NCBI RefSeq assembly: GCF_963921235.1
Contig: NC_086097.1
Coordinates: forward strand, 34,474,001 to 34,534,000
Length of the DNA stretch: 60,000 bases
Direction: 5' to 3'
Source: Mobula hypostoma
Lineage: Eukaryota
In this document: piece after piece, positions 37,450 to 50,074 of the stretch
How the letters are laid out: the number at the start of each line of letters is the position of its first letter
Numbering within the stretch: the stretch's first letter is position 1
Program-made: the position numbers and the translations under genes
The notes under the pieces: generated by a model
Databases searched by the model: none
What the model was told of the DNA's origin: nothing
Seen by the model: the letters and a program-made list of their open reading frames with translations, nothing else

Positions 37450-38345
37450 AGTTAACTTGCAGGTTGAGTCATTGCAAGGAAGGTAGCCAAGTTTGCAGAT
37501 GATACGAAGATAGGTGGAGGGACAGGTAGCGTTGAGGAAAAGTGAGTTTGCAGGACTGAAGACAGACTGGGAGAATGGGCAAATGAGTAGCAGATTGAAT
37601 ATAGTGTAGGGAAGTCTTGCATTTTGGTAGAAGGCATAGTCTATTTTCTAAATGGAGAAAGCTCAAAGGATTAAATGTTAATTTACAGGCTGAGTCAGTG
37701 GTAAGAAAGGCAAATGCAATGTTACCATTCATTTCGGGAGGACTAGAATACTAAAATAAGGATGTAATGCTGCGATTTTAAGGCATTGGTCAGACAGCAC
37801 TTGTTGCAGTTTTGGGTCCCTTATCTACGAAAAAATGTGCTGGCATTAGAGAGGGTTCAGAGGAGGTTCGCCAGAAAGATTTCAGGAATGAAAGGGTTAA
37901 TGTATGAGGAGCATTTGATGGCTCTGGGCCTGTGCTCACTGGAGTTCGAGAGAATGGGGTGGGGGGGGGAGCTCATTGAAACTTAGTGAATATTGAAAGG
38001 CCTAGACAGAGTGGATATGGACAGGACGTTTCCTATAGTGAGGGAGTCTAGGATCAGAGAGGACAGCCTCAGAATAGAAGGACGTCCTGTTAGAACAGAG
38101 ATGAAGAGAAATTTCTTTAGCCAGATGATGGCGAATCAATGGAATTTACTGCCACAGACAGCTGTGGAAGCCATGTCATATGGGTTTATTTAAAGCAGAG
38201 TTTGATAGGTTCTTGATTTGTAAGGGCAATGGGTAGAAGGCAGGAGAATGGTGAATTATTATCCATCTCAACCCCAATGATGTAATGGTGGAGCAGGCTT
38301 GATGGACCAAATGGCTTAATTCTGCTCCTATGTCTTATGATCTTG
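37450..38345 (+). mobile_element. Degenerate CR1 LINE 3' part
   Basis: AKFADDTKIGG; ORFs 37786..37986 and 37993..38193; family tail. Confidence 0.88.
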
Positions 38346-38653
38346 TAGTTTAACATTCGTGGAATGTGAAAAAGAGGTGCAAGGCCCAGAATTAGAACTG
38401 AATTTTTAAACCAGTTTTCTTTCAACAGATGCTGCCTGTCACGATGGGTGATTCCAGCATGTTCAGTTTTTATTGCCAATTTCCAGCATTGGCAATATAC
38501 TTATACACATGACAATAAACTCAACTTTGATTTTGTTCTTCAAGGATTGTTTAAGTCAAGGATTGCTTAAATGATCTCCTGGAACACTGTCTGTAAGGTT
38601 GCTCTATTTCAGTAAGAATTTACAACAAGTTAAAGGTGAAGTTTTATAAACAA

Positions 38654-38695
38654 TTTAATATTCTTGGATTTCAAAACTAAGTATTACAATTTATT
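38654..38695 (-). promoter_or_regulatory. Candidate CPSF2 polyadenylation signals: AATAAA (38690-38695) and ATTAAA (38654-38659)
   Basis: TTTATT and TTTAAT on the + strand about 660-700 nt past the stop; UGUA motifs upstream and U/GU-rich sequence downstream on the minus strand. Confidence 0.5.
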
Positions 38696-39355
38696 TGTAA
38701 CAATTTCACACAGCATTTTCTTCTTTACAAACTCAGCGTAACTATTTACAACATCTGTGTGTCAATGTGTCCTGCATTTATATAACTTTATAAAAGCCTG
38801 ATAACCAACTTTAATAGTCTTAAATTGTATAGGGTGAGTTAACCAATATCCCCATCAAAACACATCTTAGTATTTTGAAAAAAATTAAAACTTTCAAAAT
38901 GCTTCAAACTTCTCTTGGTTGAAAGGTCACCTTCTTTCTCTTCTATAGGTCAAGTTATTTTTACACAGCTTGATAAAATGACAGTGTTTCAAAGCTCAAA
39001 CTGCAGTTTTATAATCATGTAAACAGGTGAACTAAGTATTGCAAATACATTTGTTCACATTGACTCTGTAAGCCAAATATACTGTACGTCATTATCAAAT
39101 TTCTACAGGAAACTACTGTTGAGAGAGAACATAATCTTATGTTTAACAGAGCTGACTTCAGATGCACAAATACAAGTTTGATTTCAAATTCCCTCCAGTG
39201 ACACGAGAGAAGAAAACCAAATGCAAGATTCAAAGAACTAGCATTGTAGATAGATAAAAACTCCCGATTTTTCACATCACATCTATGTGGCTTTCAGTGA
39301 TTTAGAAGGCTCCTCGCGACGAGAATTGAGTTTTTGAAGAGAATTCCAAGTGTAA

Positions 39356-39448
39356 TTATACAATTGCATACTGTTGATATAAAAGGTCCCTTATTTTATA
39401 ATAATCTTCACACAAGCATCCTTCCAATCCAATGCGTCCTGTCTCAGT
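39356..39448 (-). CDS. CPSF2: CPSF2 last coding exon (93 nt incl. [33 protein letters not shown])
   Basis: Conserved CPSF2 C-terminus; tttgcag| acceptor; stop at 39356-39358. Confidence 0.96.
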   Translation of the reverse strand, partial: TETGRIGLEGCLCEDYYKIRDLLYQQYAIV

Positions 39449-39699
39449 CTGCAAATAAAAGAGCAGTAAGAATTTAAAGATAGATCTAAACATAAAGCGA
39501 GAAAGTACATTACACATTTTAAATTATAAATGCATTTTCTATTTAATATCAATATGTAACTTAAAAGCATACATAAAATTCTATTTTTTTTTTACACTTG
39601 GACATTATAAATGATCCCCTAAGCCAAAATGACAATGCAGTGACAGACAGATATTCAGAAGTTTGGTCAATCTTCTTCCAAACCTTTTTTAATCAAGGA

Positions 39700-40275
39700 A
39701 GTAATGTTGCAGCTTAATAAATTCTAGTTAGGCCTCATCTAGAGTATTGCCTTCAACCCTCGTTGTCCAATTATAGGAAGGACGTAGGAGCTATGGAAAT
39801 AGTGCAGAAGACACTTACCACAATGTTGCCTGGATTAAAGAGCAAGTGCTCCTCTAACAGGGGTTGAACATAAGTGGGTTCATTTCTCTGGAGTCATGGA
39901 GGATTTTGGAAGTCTTAACAGAAATTTTATAAGATTATGAGAGGCAAAGGCAGACAGCCTGTGATTTTTTCCCAGGGACAAAATGGCTAATGCTAAAGGG
40001 CGTGCATTTAAGGTGAGAGGGACTAAGTTCAAAGGAGAAGGGCAGAGCATGCTCTTGTTTTATTTATAAAGAGAGTAGTGGGTACCTGGAACTTGCTGCT
40101 GGGGATAGTAGGGGAGGCAAATACAAAAGAAGTATTTAAGCATGAATGTGCAGAGAATGCAGCGATATATGGTCATTGTGTTAGGCATTCAGTTAGGCAT
40201 TTTATTACTAATTTAAATTAGCTTGGCATAACATCATAAGCCAAAAGGCCTGGTCTAATGCTGTACTGTTCGACG
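39700..40275 (+). mobile_element. Old CR1 fragment in the last CPSF2 intron
   Basis: gttaggcctcatctagagtattg (VRPHLEY) and 3' UTR similarity. Confidence 0.75.
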
Positions 40276-40439
40276 TCTGATGGCACAAACAATATTATGG
40301 GCAAAAATTAATTATTCTAGCACACAAATGCATATTTTGCATCTCAAATGAACAAAAACAAAAACTCCTTTGCAAATGATCCTTTACTTTCTGACCATCA
40401 CACTGCAATCAGCAAGGACCAGCAACTAACCTCTATCAC

Positions 40440-41130
40440 ATCCATTCTTTTCCTCAGCCTCATACTCTACTCCCTGTACACTCGTGATATATGATCAGAT
40501 TCTGCTCTAACTCCAAGTTTGCAAATGATTCCACACTAGTGGGCCATATCTCAAATAATGACCAGTCAGAGAATATCGGAAAAAGGTACCGAGCCTAGTG
40601 ACATAGTGTCATGACAACAATCCTCCCCTCAATGTCAGCAAAACAAAGCAGCTGGTCATTGACTTCTGGAAGGGGTATAGTGTTTATATCAACAGTGCTG
40701 AGGTTGACAGGCTTAGAGGCTTCAGCTGGAAGTTAACGTTACCAATAGTCTGTCCGGATCCAACCTTTCAAAAGTCATGGTCAAGAAAACTCACAAGCAA
40801 CACTACTTCCTCAGGAAGTTAAAGAAATTTGGGATGTCCCCTTTGACCTCACCAATTTTTATTGATGCACTGTGGCTTTGTATGGCAAGTGGTCTGCCTG
40901 TGACCGCAAGAAACTGCAGAGACATGCGGACACAGCTTAACAAATGACATGCACCAGCCTCCCCTCCACAGACTTGTCAATATTTCTCACTGCCTCAGTA
41001 GGGCAGCCAACACATCCACCTCATACATGCTGTCTGCCACTCAACTGGCAGAAGGTAACAAAGCCTAAAAGCACATATCACCAGGCTCAAGGACAGCTGT
41101 TATAAGACTACTGAATAGTCCACTAGTACA
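40440..41130 (+). mobile_element. Old Rex/Babar RT fragment in the last CPSF2 intron
   Basis: KFAND, ctcaatgtcagcaaaacaaag (LNVSKTK); collinear with 47160-47860. Confidence 0.8.
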
Positions 41131-41187
41131 AGATGAACTCTTGATAATCATATTTCGCTGATGGTCTTTAAATGCGTTAACAGACTA

Positions 41188-41337
<150 letters not shown>

Positions 41338-41807
41338 CTAAAATAAAGAATTAAAAATATTAGTTACTGCTCAATGAATGGACTTCTACATTTCATAATT
41401 ATCACATTCAGTATGAGGTCATCAGATTATTATGATTGGTGAAATAAACGGCTCTTATAACTATCAGACATGGAGCAACAGTTACTTGACTGTTAAAATA
41501 GTTATTTTTAAAGTTGTTCATGTCATGCTTCTCAACCGAAATCACATGAAGATCAGCTATCGGGAATAAATCACCAATCTGAAATGTTAGCCCCATTTTC
41601 CACTTTGCATAGATGCTGTCTGACTTGCTCAATATTTATAAAAACTTTACTTACTATTACAGCTTTGGTCCATGGGTTTTGCAGCAATGGGGCTCATTAG
41701 GTTGGACTCTTTTCACCACCTTATTCTCAATATTTATTCTCAAGATGTGGGTGATGCAAACAGGACAACATTTATGTAATGTTGTGGTGTTCACCAAGCT
41801 TGATAAT

Positions 41808-42100
41808 TAGCTTGCAAACATTTCGTCACCAGTTGGCTGAACAAGCATATTGAAATAGATGCCATCTACGAACCCCTAAGAGCCAAAGAAACACTAGCCA
41901 ATAGAATTCAAAGGTCAGGTGAACAGGTAGTCAATCAGAAATGAGGCAAGTGAATGGGGGCTACATAAACACGAGCACTCCCAGAGAGAAACACCCACAA
42001 CTGCACACTGAGGATGTTCTCACCTGGTAATGAAACGTCTGTAAGCCATCTGCCAAGCTCGGCAAACACGGCAACATCAAATGCCTCAACCCAAGCTACC
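41808..42100 (+). mobile_element. Penelope-like remnant of a second family with a hammerhead-like motif at about 42005-42042
   Basis: ACA-CUGAGGA...GAAAC-GUC-UGU; inverted partial copy at about 41811-41834. Confidence 0.5.
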
Positions 42101-43517
42101 AATAGTCACCACCATCCTAAACAACATTTATTACTTATCACTCTTATCTCAGATCTGATAGGAATGGTTAATCTACACTGCATGCTATCAGTGGTAGTAG
42201 ACAGAGAAGATAAACATTTCACTCCAGTATAAGAAAGCAGCAGCATTAGTTGCAGTGGAGTACAGCTTAGGAAGGGATTGCTAGAGATGATTCTCCTGTC
42301 GAAAGTTGTTGCTTTCCTTCTGGGTAGTAGGTGTCAGGGGTGCAGGAAACTGACATCAAATCAGGAATAGTAAACATGCAAATTGTAAACAGCAGATTGT
42401 GCATAGAGTCTCAAAGATCGATGGGATTGCTAATGAGTTAAGCAATACAATAGCATCTTGTGTTTAAGGAGCGTTTATATGGTAACACCCACATTACAAA
42501 TTAATTTTCAAAAATGACAATGACCAAATGTCAGGACAGATGATCAAAATTTTGATCAGTGTTTTTGAGCTACTCGAAAAAAGGTGGAGAAATTCCTAGA
42601 CGGTACCAGATGAACAGTTAAACAGTTTGCCTTTGATCATGTTGAGCTTCTAAAATGTTGCTGTGTCTGTCCCCATCTAGTTGTGTAAGGAGTATATCAT
42701 AAGATCATTTGACTTGAACTTTATAGCTGTTGCTTTGATATATTTAGCTGATGTTTACTCCTGTTCAATGTAAACTGGTGCCACTGCAGATCAAGCAGAG
42801 GTGACTGGCTATTTTCTTGCTGAAGGTGATGGCTACATGCTTTTAGGGGCATGAATATTTCTTGTCCTTTTTCAGTTCCTTATATACATAGCATGCTGCA
42901 GACTGACACGTGGCTCCATTGTTGGGAATGAAAAGGAACATGTACAATCATTCCCAAATGGGCCACCTGACTTTTAAGTACAGACATACTTATTGAAGAT
43001 ATAGCTAAAGACCATCATATCAAGCATGCTGATCTGAGCAACTGGCAGCTATGTCCCAGGGCTGCAATAACTGTTCTCTTGTGGGTCAGGAGTATAATGT
43101 CTTAGTTCTGCTAAATTTCTTGATGCTGCTAACAGTTAAGATGCCTCAGTTCTCTTCCATTAGTCAGGCTGCAATGGTGCCAAAAGCTGATATGTTTTGC
43201 AAGACTTCAAACTGAGCATCAGCAAGCAGGTTATTGGTGACTGGTTGCAAGGACTGCCCGAAACATTGTTTATTGCCCTCCATGATGCTGCCTGAATTGC
43301 TGAGTTCCTCCAGCATTTTCTGTGTGTTGCTCAAGACTTCCAGCAACTGCAGAATATCTTGTGTTTTAGATAATTGTTTGTACAATTATTACGTCGTTCG
43401 CTGCTTTGCTGTTGATCGTTTTTAGACCTTAAGAATTCACTAGTTACATTTGAAAGTTGTTTATAGCCGTTAAACACAAACCTCACTACTTCCAGATAAC
43501 TTGGGATTAAGAATTAA

Positions 43518-43586
43518 GGTAAGAGTTCGGCACGGACTAGAAGGGCCGAGATGGCCTGTTTCCGTGCGGTAATTGTTATATGGTTA
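43518..43586 (+). mobile_element. 69-bp CR1 3' tail insertion with a perfect 10-bp TSD
   Basis: TAAGAATTAA at 43508-43517 and 43587-43596; matches the tail at about 22110-22185. Confidence 0.85.
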
Positions 43587-44681
43587 TAAGAATTAACTTC
43601 CCAACAGAATAGCAGAGAACAATAAATCTCACTGTACAAAACTGTAGCATTCATTTTATGCTTAAAAAACTTATCAGGCTTGTTTGCTGATAGTTGTGCT
43701 CAACCCATTGGATCATATTACCATTTATCATAGGTAGAAATATTTGTATTTCACAAATAAGGAATAACATGTACATAAGACCTTCATAATATAAAAAAAA
43801 GTCATTTGATATCAAGGTTCCTACCTTCCTTCTCCCTCCCAGTAAAACATTTTTGACTTCTGGCAAGGGCACAGACTGAACAATAATTAATACTTAAATT
43901 TTAATTAAGTTCACATTACAAACTATCAAAATTTGGAGATTTCATCTGCAACATTTAATCAATTGTGCTCAAACACTCAACTTAATTACATGCTGAAGAA
44001 GAGAAAAAAAAACAAGATAAGCTATAAGAGGATTTTGATATCAAAGTCTTTTGAAAAATAACCTTGCCTAAACCATGATCCCTGTCACTTTACTAACAGC
44101 AGTGTGATGTATCGTGCTTTTGTAATTAATGGAATTGAATTTTAGAGGCAATATGCAATTAGTTGTTGCTAAGTATACATAGGACCACTATTGAAAGTGA
44201 ATTTCTAACTATGCAGGCCTTGAAACTTAACTTCAAATATAATTTTATTTTTGTATCAGCTTGGTAACCAAGTCCACTCCTAAAGAGACATCATCCCTAA
44301 CTTATTCGGCCTAATATTTTATTGGTATGAAATGACTAAGGTTAAAAGATCTGAGAATCTCAAACTTGATCTAAAAAAAAGATGGATTTCTTTTCTTGAA
44401 AACAAACAGGTTTACGTTTCACAATTTTCTGTGTAATAAGAAAATACCTTGTGATTCAGAATAACAATAACACAACTTTTGTATTAAAACAGAAACAAGA
44501 TAAAAATAAAATGTTTGTACTGTTAAGAGGATTTTTTTAATGGTTTAACACAGAGGGCACTACTAATATAAAGCTGCAATAATTCCTATTATTTCCAAAG
44601 TCAAATCAAGCTTTCTAGTGGTTAAACATGTACAAAAAATACAAGCTTCCAAACAATGAGTGGACAACATTATTTCCATAC

Positions 44682-44984
44682 CTCATTGGGTGACAATGGT
44701 TCCAGAGTGGGAATTACATCAAGATCTTCATTGGTCTCTTTTTCATCATCATCAAAAAGGCTCTTCATTGCCTTTTGCTGAGCTGCAACTTGATCTGAAC
44801 CTGATGAAGGAGCATCTACCTGCATTTCCCCTTCTTCGTCCTCTCTTAACTCCCCCTCTTCCAGAATGACCCCTGTATCAACTTTTGATACCCGCATGTC
44901 CAAGATACCATCTATCCAAGCTAATTCTGCATCCTTTGCTTTGCAGAACTGAAGAGAACTGACCAAAGAATCCTTCAGTCTAAC
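44682..44984 (-). CDS. CPSF2: CPSF2 coding exon (303 nt; [26 protein letters not shown]...LEPLSPNE)
   Basis: ORF 44670..44966; tcacag| acceptor and |gtatgg donor. Confidence 0.95.
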
Positions 44985-45761
44985 CTGTGAGAATGAAAAA
45001 TGTAAATATTAGTAAATCATGTAATGATAAACAGAGGAGGCGACCACAGGTCGCTCCATATAATTACACACAGACAAATAAAGAAGTTTATCAAAACAAC
45101 TAGGCACTTCAATGTTTTAATATACAATACTAAATACACAAATTAAATATAAAGGTCAACGGTTTAATTAAGGGGTTTCCAATTAAAGATAACGTGTTTC
45201 CTTTCTGATAGGGTCAGAAGTCTGAACTCTCTTCCTCAAAGGGTAGAGGAAGCAAAGCTGTTAAGTATTTTTAAGGCAAAGGTTCTCAAAATGGAAAGGT
45301 TAAAAGATTACCGTAAATAAGTAAACTAGCATACGGAGTCCAGGTTATAATAAATCATCTTATTACACCATGAAGCAGGCTCAGGAGACTAAGTATTTAA
45401 AATTCATATGGCAGTGAATATGCTGTCAGCAATTTTTGAAAAATATTCAAAAGCTGGCATTAAGTAGGTTTGTGGAGATTTTAAAAAGTTATTTTTATTA
45501 CTGTCTGTTGAGAATACTTTTCAAAATGCATTACTGAATGTTTTTCCTTTTAATCAGTTTTATCAAGATGTTATAACATAGCTCCAAGAAATTAGTCTGT
45601 GCTTTAATCCTCCCATTTATACTTTCAGCTAATCATAATATCTTTCGCAGTAAAGAGATTTCTTTTGGTGCTATTTCTCCTCAAGCTACAATTTTCTCAA
45701 TTGCTAAGTAAGCAAGTTATTGTTTTGTCACTCTAATTTGCTCTGGAAAGCATCAGATTTA

Positions 45762-48700
45762 CAGTGCCTAAAAGAAGTATTCAACCCCCTTGGAAGTTTT
45801 CATGTTTTATTCTCTTACAACATTGAATCACAGTGGATTTAATTTGGCTTTTTTTTTGCCCTGATCAACAGAAAAAGACTCTTTCGTGTCAAAGTTAAAA
45901 CAGATTCTCTACAATCTGATCTAAATTAATTACAAAAATAAAACACAAAATAATTGATTGTATAAGTATTCATCCACATTAATATGATACACAAAATCAT
46001 CACTGGTATAGCCAATTGGTTTTAGAAGTCACATAATTAGTTAAATGGAGATCTGTTTTTGGAGACCTGCATACAGTCAGGGTGTTTCAATTGATTGTTG
46101 TAAGTTCACCTGTATCTGGAAGGTCCAACTACTGGTGAGTCAGTATCCCGGCAAAAACTGCACCATGAAGACAAAAGAACACTCCAAACGACTCCGCAAA
46201 AATGTTATTGAAAAGCACAAGTCAGGAGATGGATACAAGAAATTTTCCAAGTCACTGAAGTACAGTTAGTTAGGTACACTTAGTTACAGTTAGTTAAGTA
46301 CACTTGAGTACAGTTAAATTAATCATCAAGAAATGTAAAGAATATGGCACAGCTGTAAATCTGCTTAGAGCAGGCCATCTTCAAAAATTGAGCGACCATG
46401 CAAGAAGGATGCTAATGAGGGAGGCCACCAAGAGACCTATGACAACTCTGGAGGAGCTACAAGCTTCAGTGGCTGAGATGAGAGAGACTGCACATACAGC
46501 AGCTACAGCTGTGAAGATCCCTGCACCTGATGACCCTGTGATCTCCGTCTCAGAGGCCGATGCTAGGCTGTCTTTAAAGACAGTGAAAGCGACAGGTCCC
46601 AATGGAGTACCTGGTAAGGCTCTGAAAATCTGTGCCAACCAACCAGCGGGAGTATTCAAGGACATTTTCAACCTCTCACTGTTACGGGCGGAAGTTCCCA
46701 TTTGCTTCAAAAAGGCAATAATTCTACCAGTGCCTGAGAAGAATAATGTGAGCTGCCTTAATGACTATCGCCCGGCAGCACTCACATCCACAGTGATGAA
46801 ATGCTTTGACAGGCTGGTCATGACTAGACCGAACTCCTGCCTCAGCAAGGAACTGCACCCATTGCAATTTGCCTATCACCACAATATAAGTCAATGGCAG
46901 ACACAATCTCAGCAGCTCTCCACACAGCTTTAGACCACCTGGAGAACACAAACACCTACATCAGGATGCTGTTCATCAACTATAGCTCAGTATTTAATAC
47001 CATCATTCCCAGAACCCTAATTGAGAAGTTGCAGAACCTGGGCCTCTGTACCTCCCTCTGCAATTGGATCCTCGAATTCCTAACCGGAAAACCACAGTCT
47101 GTGCAGATTGGTGGTAACATCTCCTCCTCGCTGATGATCAACACTGGCGCATCTCAGGGGTGTGTGCTTAGCCCACTGCTCTACTCTCTATATACACATG
47201 ACTGTGTGGCTAGGCATAGCTCAAATACCATCTATAAATTTGCTGACGATACAACCATTGTTGGTAGAATCTCAGGTGGTAACGAGAGGGCGTACAGGAG
47301 TGAGATATGCCAACTAGTGGAATGGTGCCGCAGCAACAACCTGGCACTCAACGTCAGTAAGACGAAAGAGCTGATTGTGGACTTCAGGAAGGGTAAGACG
47401 AAGGAACACATACCAATCCTCAGAAAGATCAGAAGTGGAGAGAGTAAGCAGTTTCAAGTTTCTGGCTGTCAAGATCTCTGGTCCCAACATACCAATGCAG
47501 TTATAAAGAAGGCAAGACAGCGGGGCTATATTAGGAGTCTGAAGAGATTTGGCATGTCAACAAATACACTCAAAAACTTCTATAGTTGTCCCGTGGAGAG
47601 CATTCTGACAGGTTGCATCACTGTCAGGTATGGAGGGGCTACTGCACAGGACCAAAAGAAGCTGCAGAAGGTTGTAAATCTAGTCAGCTCCATCTTGGGT
47701 ACTAGCCTACAAAGTACCCAGGACACCTTTAGGGAGCGGTGTCTCAGAAAGGTAGCATCCATTATTAAGGACCTCCAGCACCCTTTTCTCACTGTTACCG
47801 TCAAGTAGAAGGTACAAAAGCCTGAAGGCACACACTCAGCGATTCAAGAACAGCTTCTTCCCCTCTGCCATCCAATTCCTAAATGGACACTGATTCTTTG
47901 GACACTACCTCACTTTTTTAAAAAAATATACAGTATTTCTGTTTTTGCACTTTTAAAAAAATCTATTCAATATACATAATTGATTTACTTGTTTATTTAT
48001 TATTATTTTAATTTTATTTATTATATTTTTCTCTCTGCTAGATTATGTATTGCATTGAACTGCTGCTGCTAAGTTAACATATTTCACATCACATGCTGGT
48101 GATAATAAACCTGACTCTGATTCTGTTGCCTGGGTGCTTCACCAGTCACAGCTTTACGGGAGAGTGGCAAAGAGAAAACCACTGTTGAATAAACAACTCA
48201 CATGAAATCTCACCTAGGTTTTGCCAGAAGGCATGTGGGAGACTCAAGTCACTGAAAGAAGGTTCTATGGTCTGATAAAACCAAAATTGAGCTTTTTGAC
48301 TATGAGACTAAAGGCTAAAACACCACACATTATCAAAAACACACCAACCCCACCGTGAAGCGTGGTGGTGGCTGCATCAAGCTGTGGGGATGTTTCACTG
48401 AAGTAGGCCTTGGAAGGCTTGTGAAGGTAGAGGGTAAAATGAATGCAGCAAAATAAAGGGAAATCCTGGAGGAAAACCTGATGCAGTCTGCAAAAGAATT
48501 GTGACCTGGGAGATTAGTTTTCTAGCAAGACAAAGACCCCAAGCATAAAGCCAAAGCTCCACAGGAATGGCTTAAAAACAACAAAGTTAATATCCTAGAG
48601 TGGCCGAGTCAAAGTCCAGACCTCAATCCAATTGAGAATTTGTGGGTGGACTTAAAGAGCTGTTCACTCACCATCCCATGGAATTTGACAGAGTTTGAGC

Positions 48701-49037
48701 AGCTTTGTAAAGAAGAATAGGGAATAACTGCAGTGTCCAGATGTGTAAAGCTGATAGAGACCGAGCCACACAGACTCAAGGCTGTAATTGCTGCCAAAGG
48801 TACATCTACTAAATAATGACTTGAAGGGGGTGAGCAATTAGGCAATCAATTATTTTGTGCTTAATAATTGTAATAAATTTAGACCACTTGTAGAAATTTG
48901 TTTTCACTTTGACATGAAAGAGTCTTTTCTGTTGATCAGTGTCAAAAAAACAGCCAAGTTTCATCCACTGTGATTCAATGTTGTAAAACAATAAAACATG
49001 AAAACTTCCAAGGAGGTGAATACTTCTTATAGGCACC
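45762..49037 (+). mobile_element. Tc1 transposon with long TIRs (Passport-like IR/DR type); transposase pseudogene interrupted by a LINE
   Basis: TA|CAGTGCC, inverted repeats of about 215 bp; [64 protein letters not shown]. Confidence 0.92.
46505..48124 (+). mobile_element. 5'-truncated Rex/Babar LINE (RT region and 3' UTR)
   Basis: [48 protein letters not shown]; tail AATAAACCTGACTCTGATTCT. Confidence 0.92.
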
Positions 49038-49361
49038 TATGCCAAGATTCTGGCTCATGATCAGACTCGAAGGTCCAACAATAAGATGGTGTTAAATTCA
49101 CAAATGTAATGTTTGCAAATAGATGAGTTGTTGTTTCAAGCTACAAATTAATGGCAATTCCTATTTCAAAAAATCTTACCTACAAGCCACCTTTCCAAAA
49201 ATAGAAGACCTTTATATACCATTGTCGCACCTATGAAGGCTAAAAAACTTTCCTTTATGTCATATCTCAGCAATGGAATAATTATGCCTATGTTATGTAT
49301 TGAAGTCTTACGTATTGGAGCATCAATCTTGAAGTCTGCTATTCAGCATAAAATATTATCC

Positions 49362-49522
49362 TCCCGTGCCTCATCAGGCAGCAACCTTTAGCATTTGTCC
49401 GTTTTACGAGGCTGAGATGCTAGTTCAACGTTCAACCCAGCACAGATGGAAAAGCATGCAAGGAGCCGGTTGGATCTGAACATGGGACGACCCGCCCCAA
49501 AGTCCAGGGCAGATGCCACTAG
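49362..49522 (-). mobile_element. Short tRNA-like SINE remnant
   Basis: Minus strand tagtggcatc...ggacttt...gttcagatcc, resembling A and B boxes. Confidence 0.45.
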
Positions 49523-49562
49523 CTAGCTTATAGTAAGCTATTACAATCCATCTCACACATTA

Positions 49563-49841
<279 letters not shown>

Positions 49842-49921
49842 TCAATTTCAATTTAGGAGAAAAATAATCAGATTTTCAATTCAGAATGAATATTACTTTC
49901 AAACATTAGCGCCTCACTAAC

Positions 49922-50074
49922 CTGATATCTATGGTTTCTGTTGCTGAAACACACTTGGTTGGAACATCAGATAGATCCTGATCCATAGGTTCTTCTCCAT
50001 TAGTCAGACCAGAATCAAGTTTGCTTTTTTCTTCTTCTGTTGCCTGCAGCTCTGGAACTAAAAAGTCCTCAGCT
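49922..50074 (-). CDS. CPSF2: CPSF2 coding exon (153 nt; [26 protein letters not shown]...ETIDI)
   Basis: ORF 49906..50112; ttttag| acceptor and |gttagt donor. Confidence 0.95.

Noticed and set aside
49362..49522. tRNA gene
   Set aside because: Only degenerate A/B-box similarity and no cloverleaf; better explained as a SINE head
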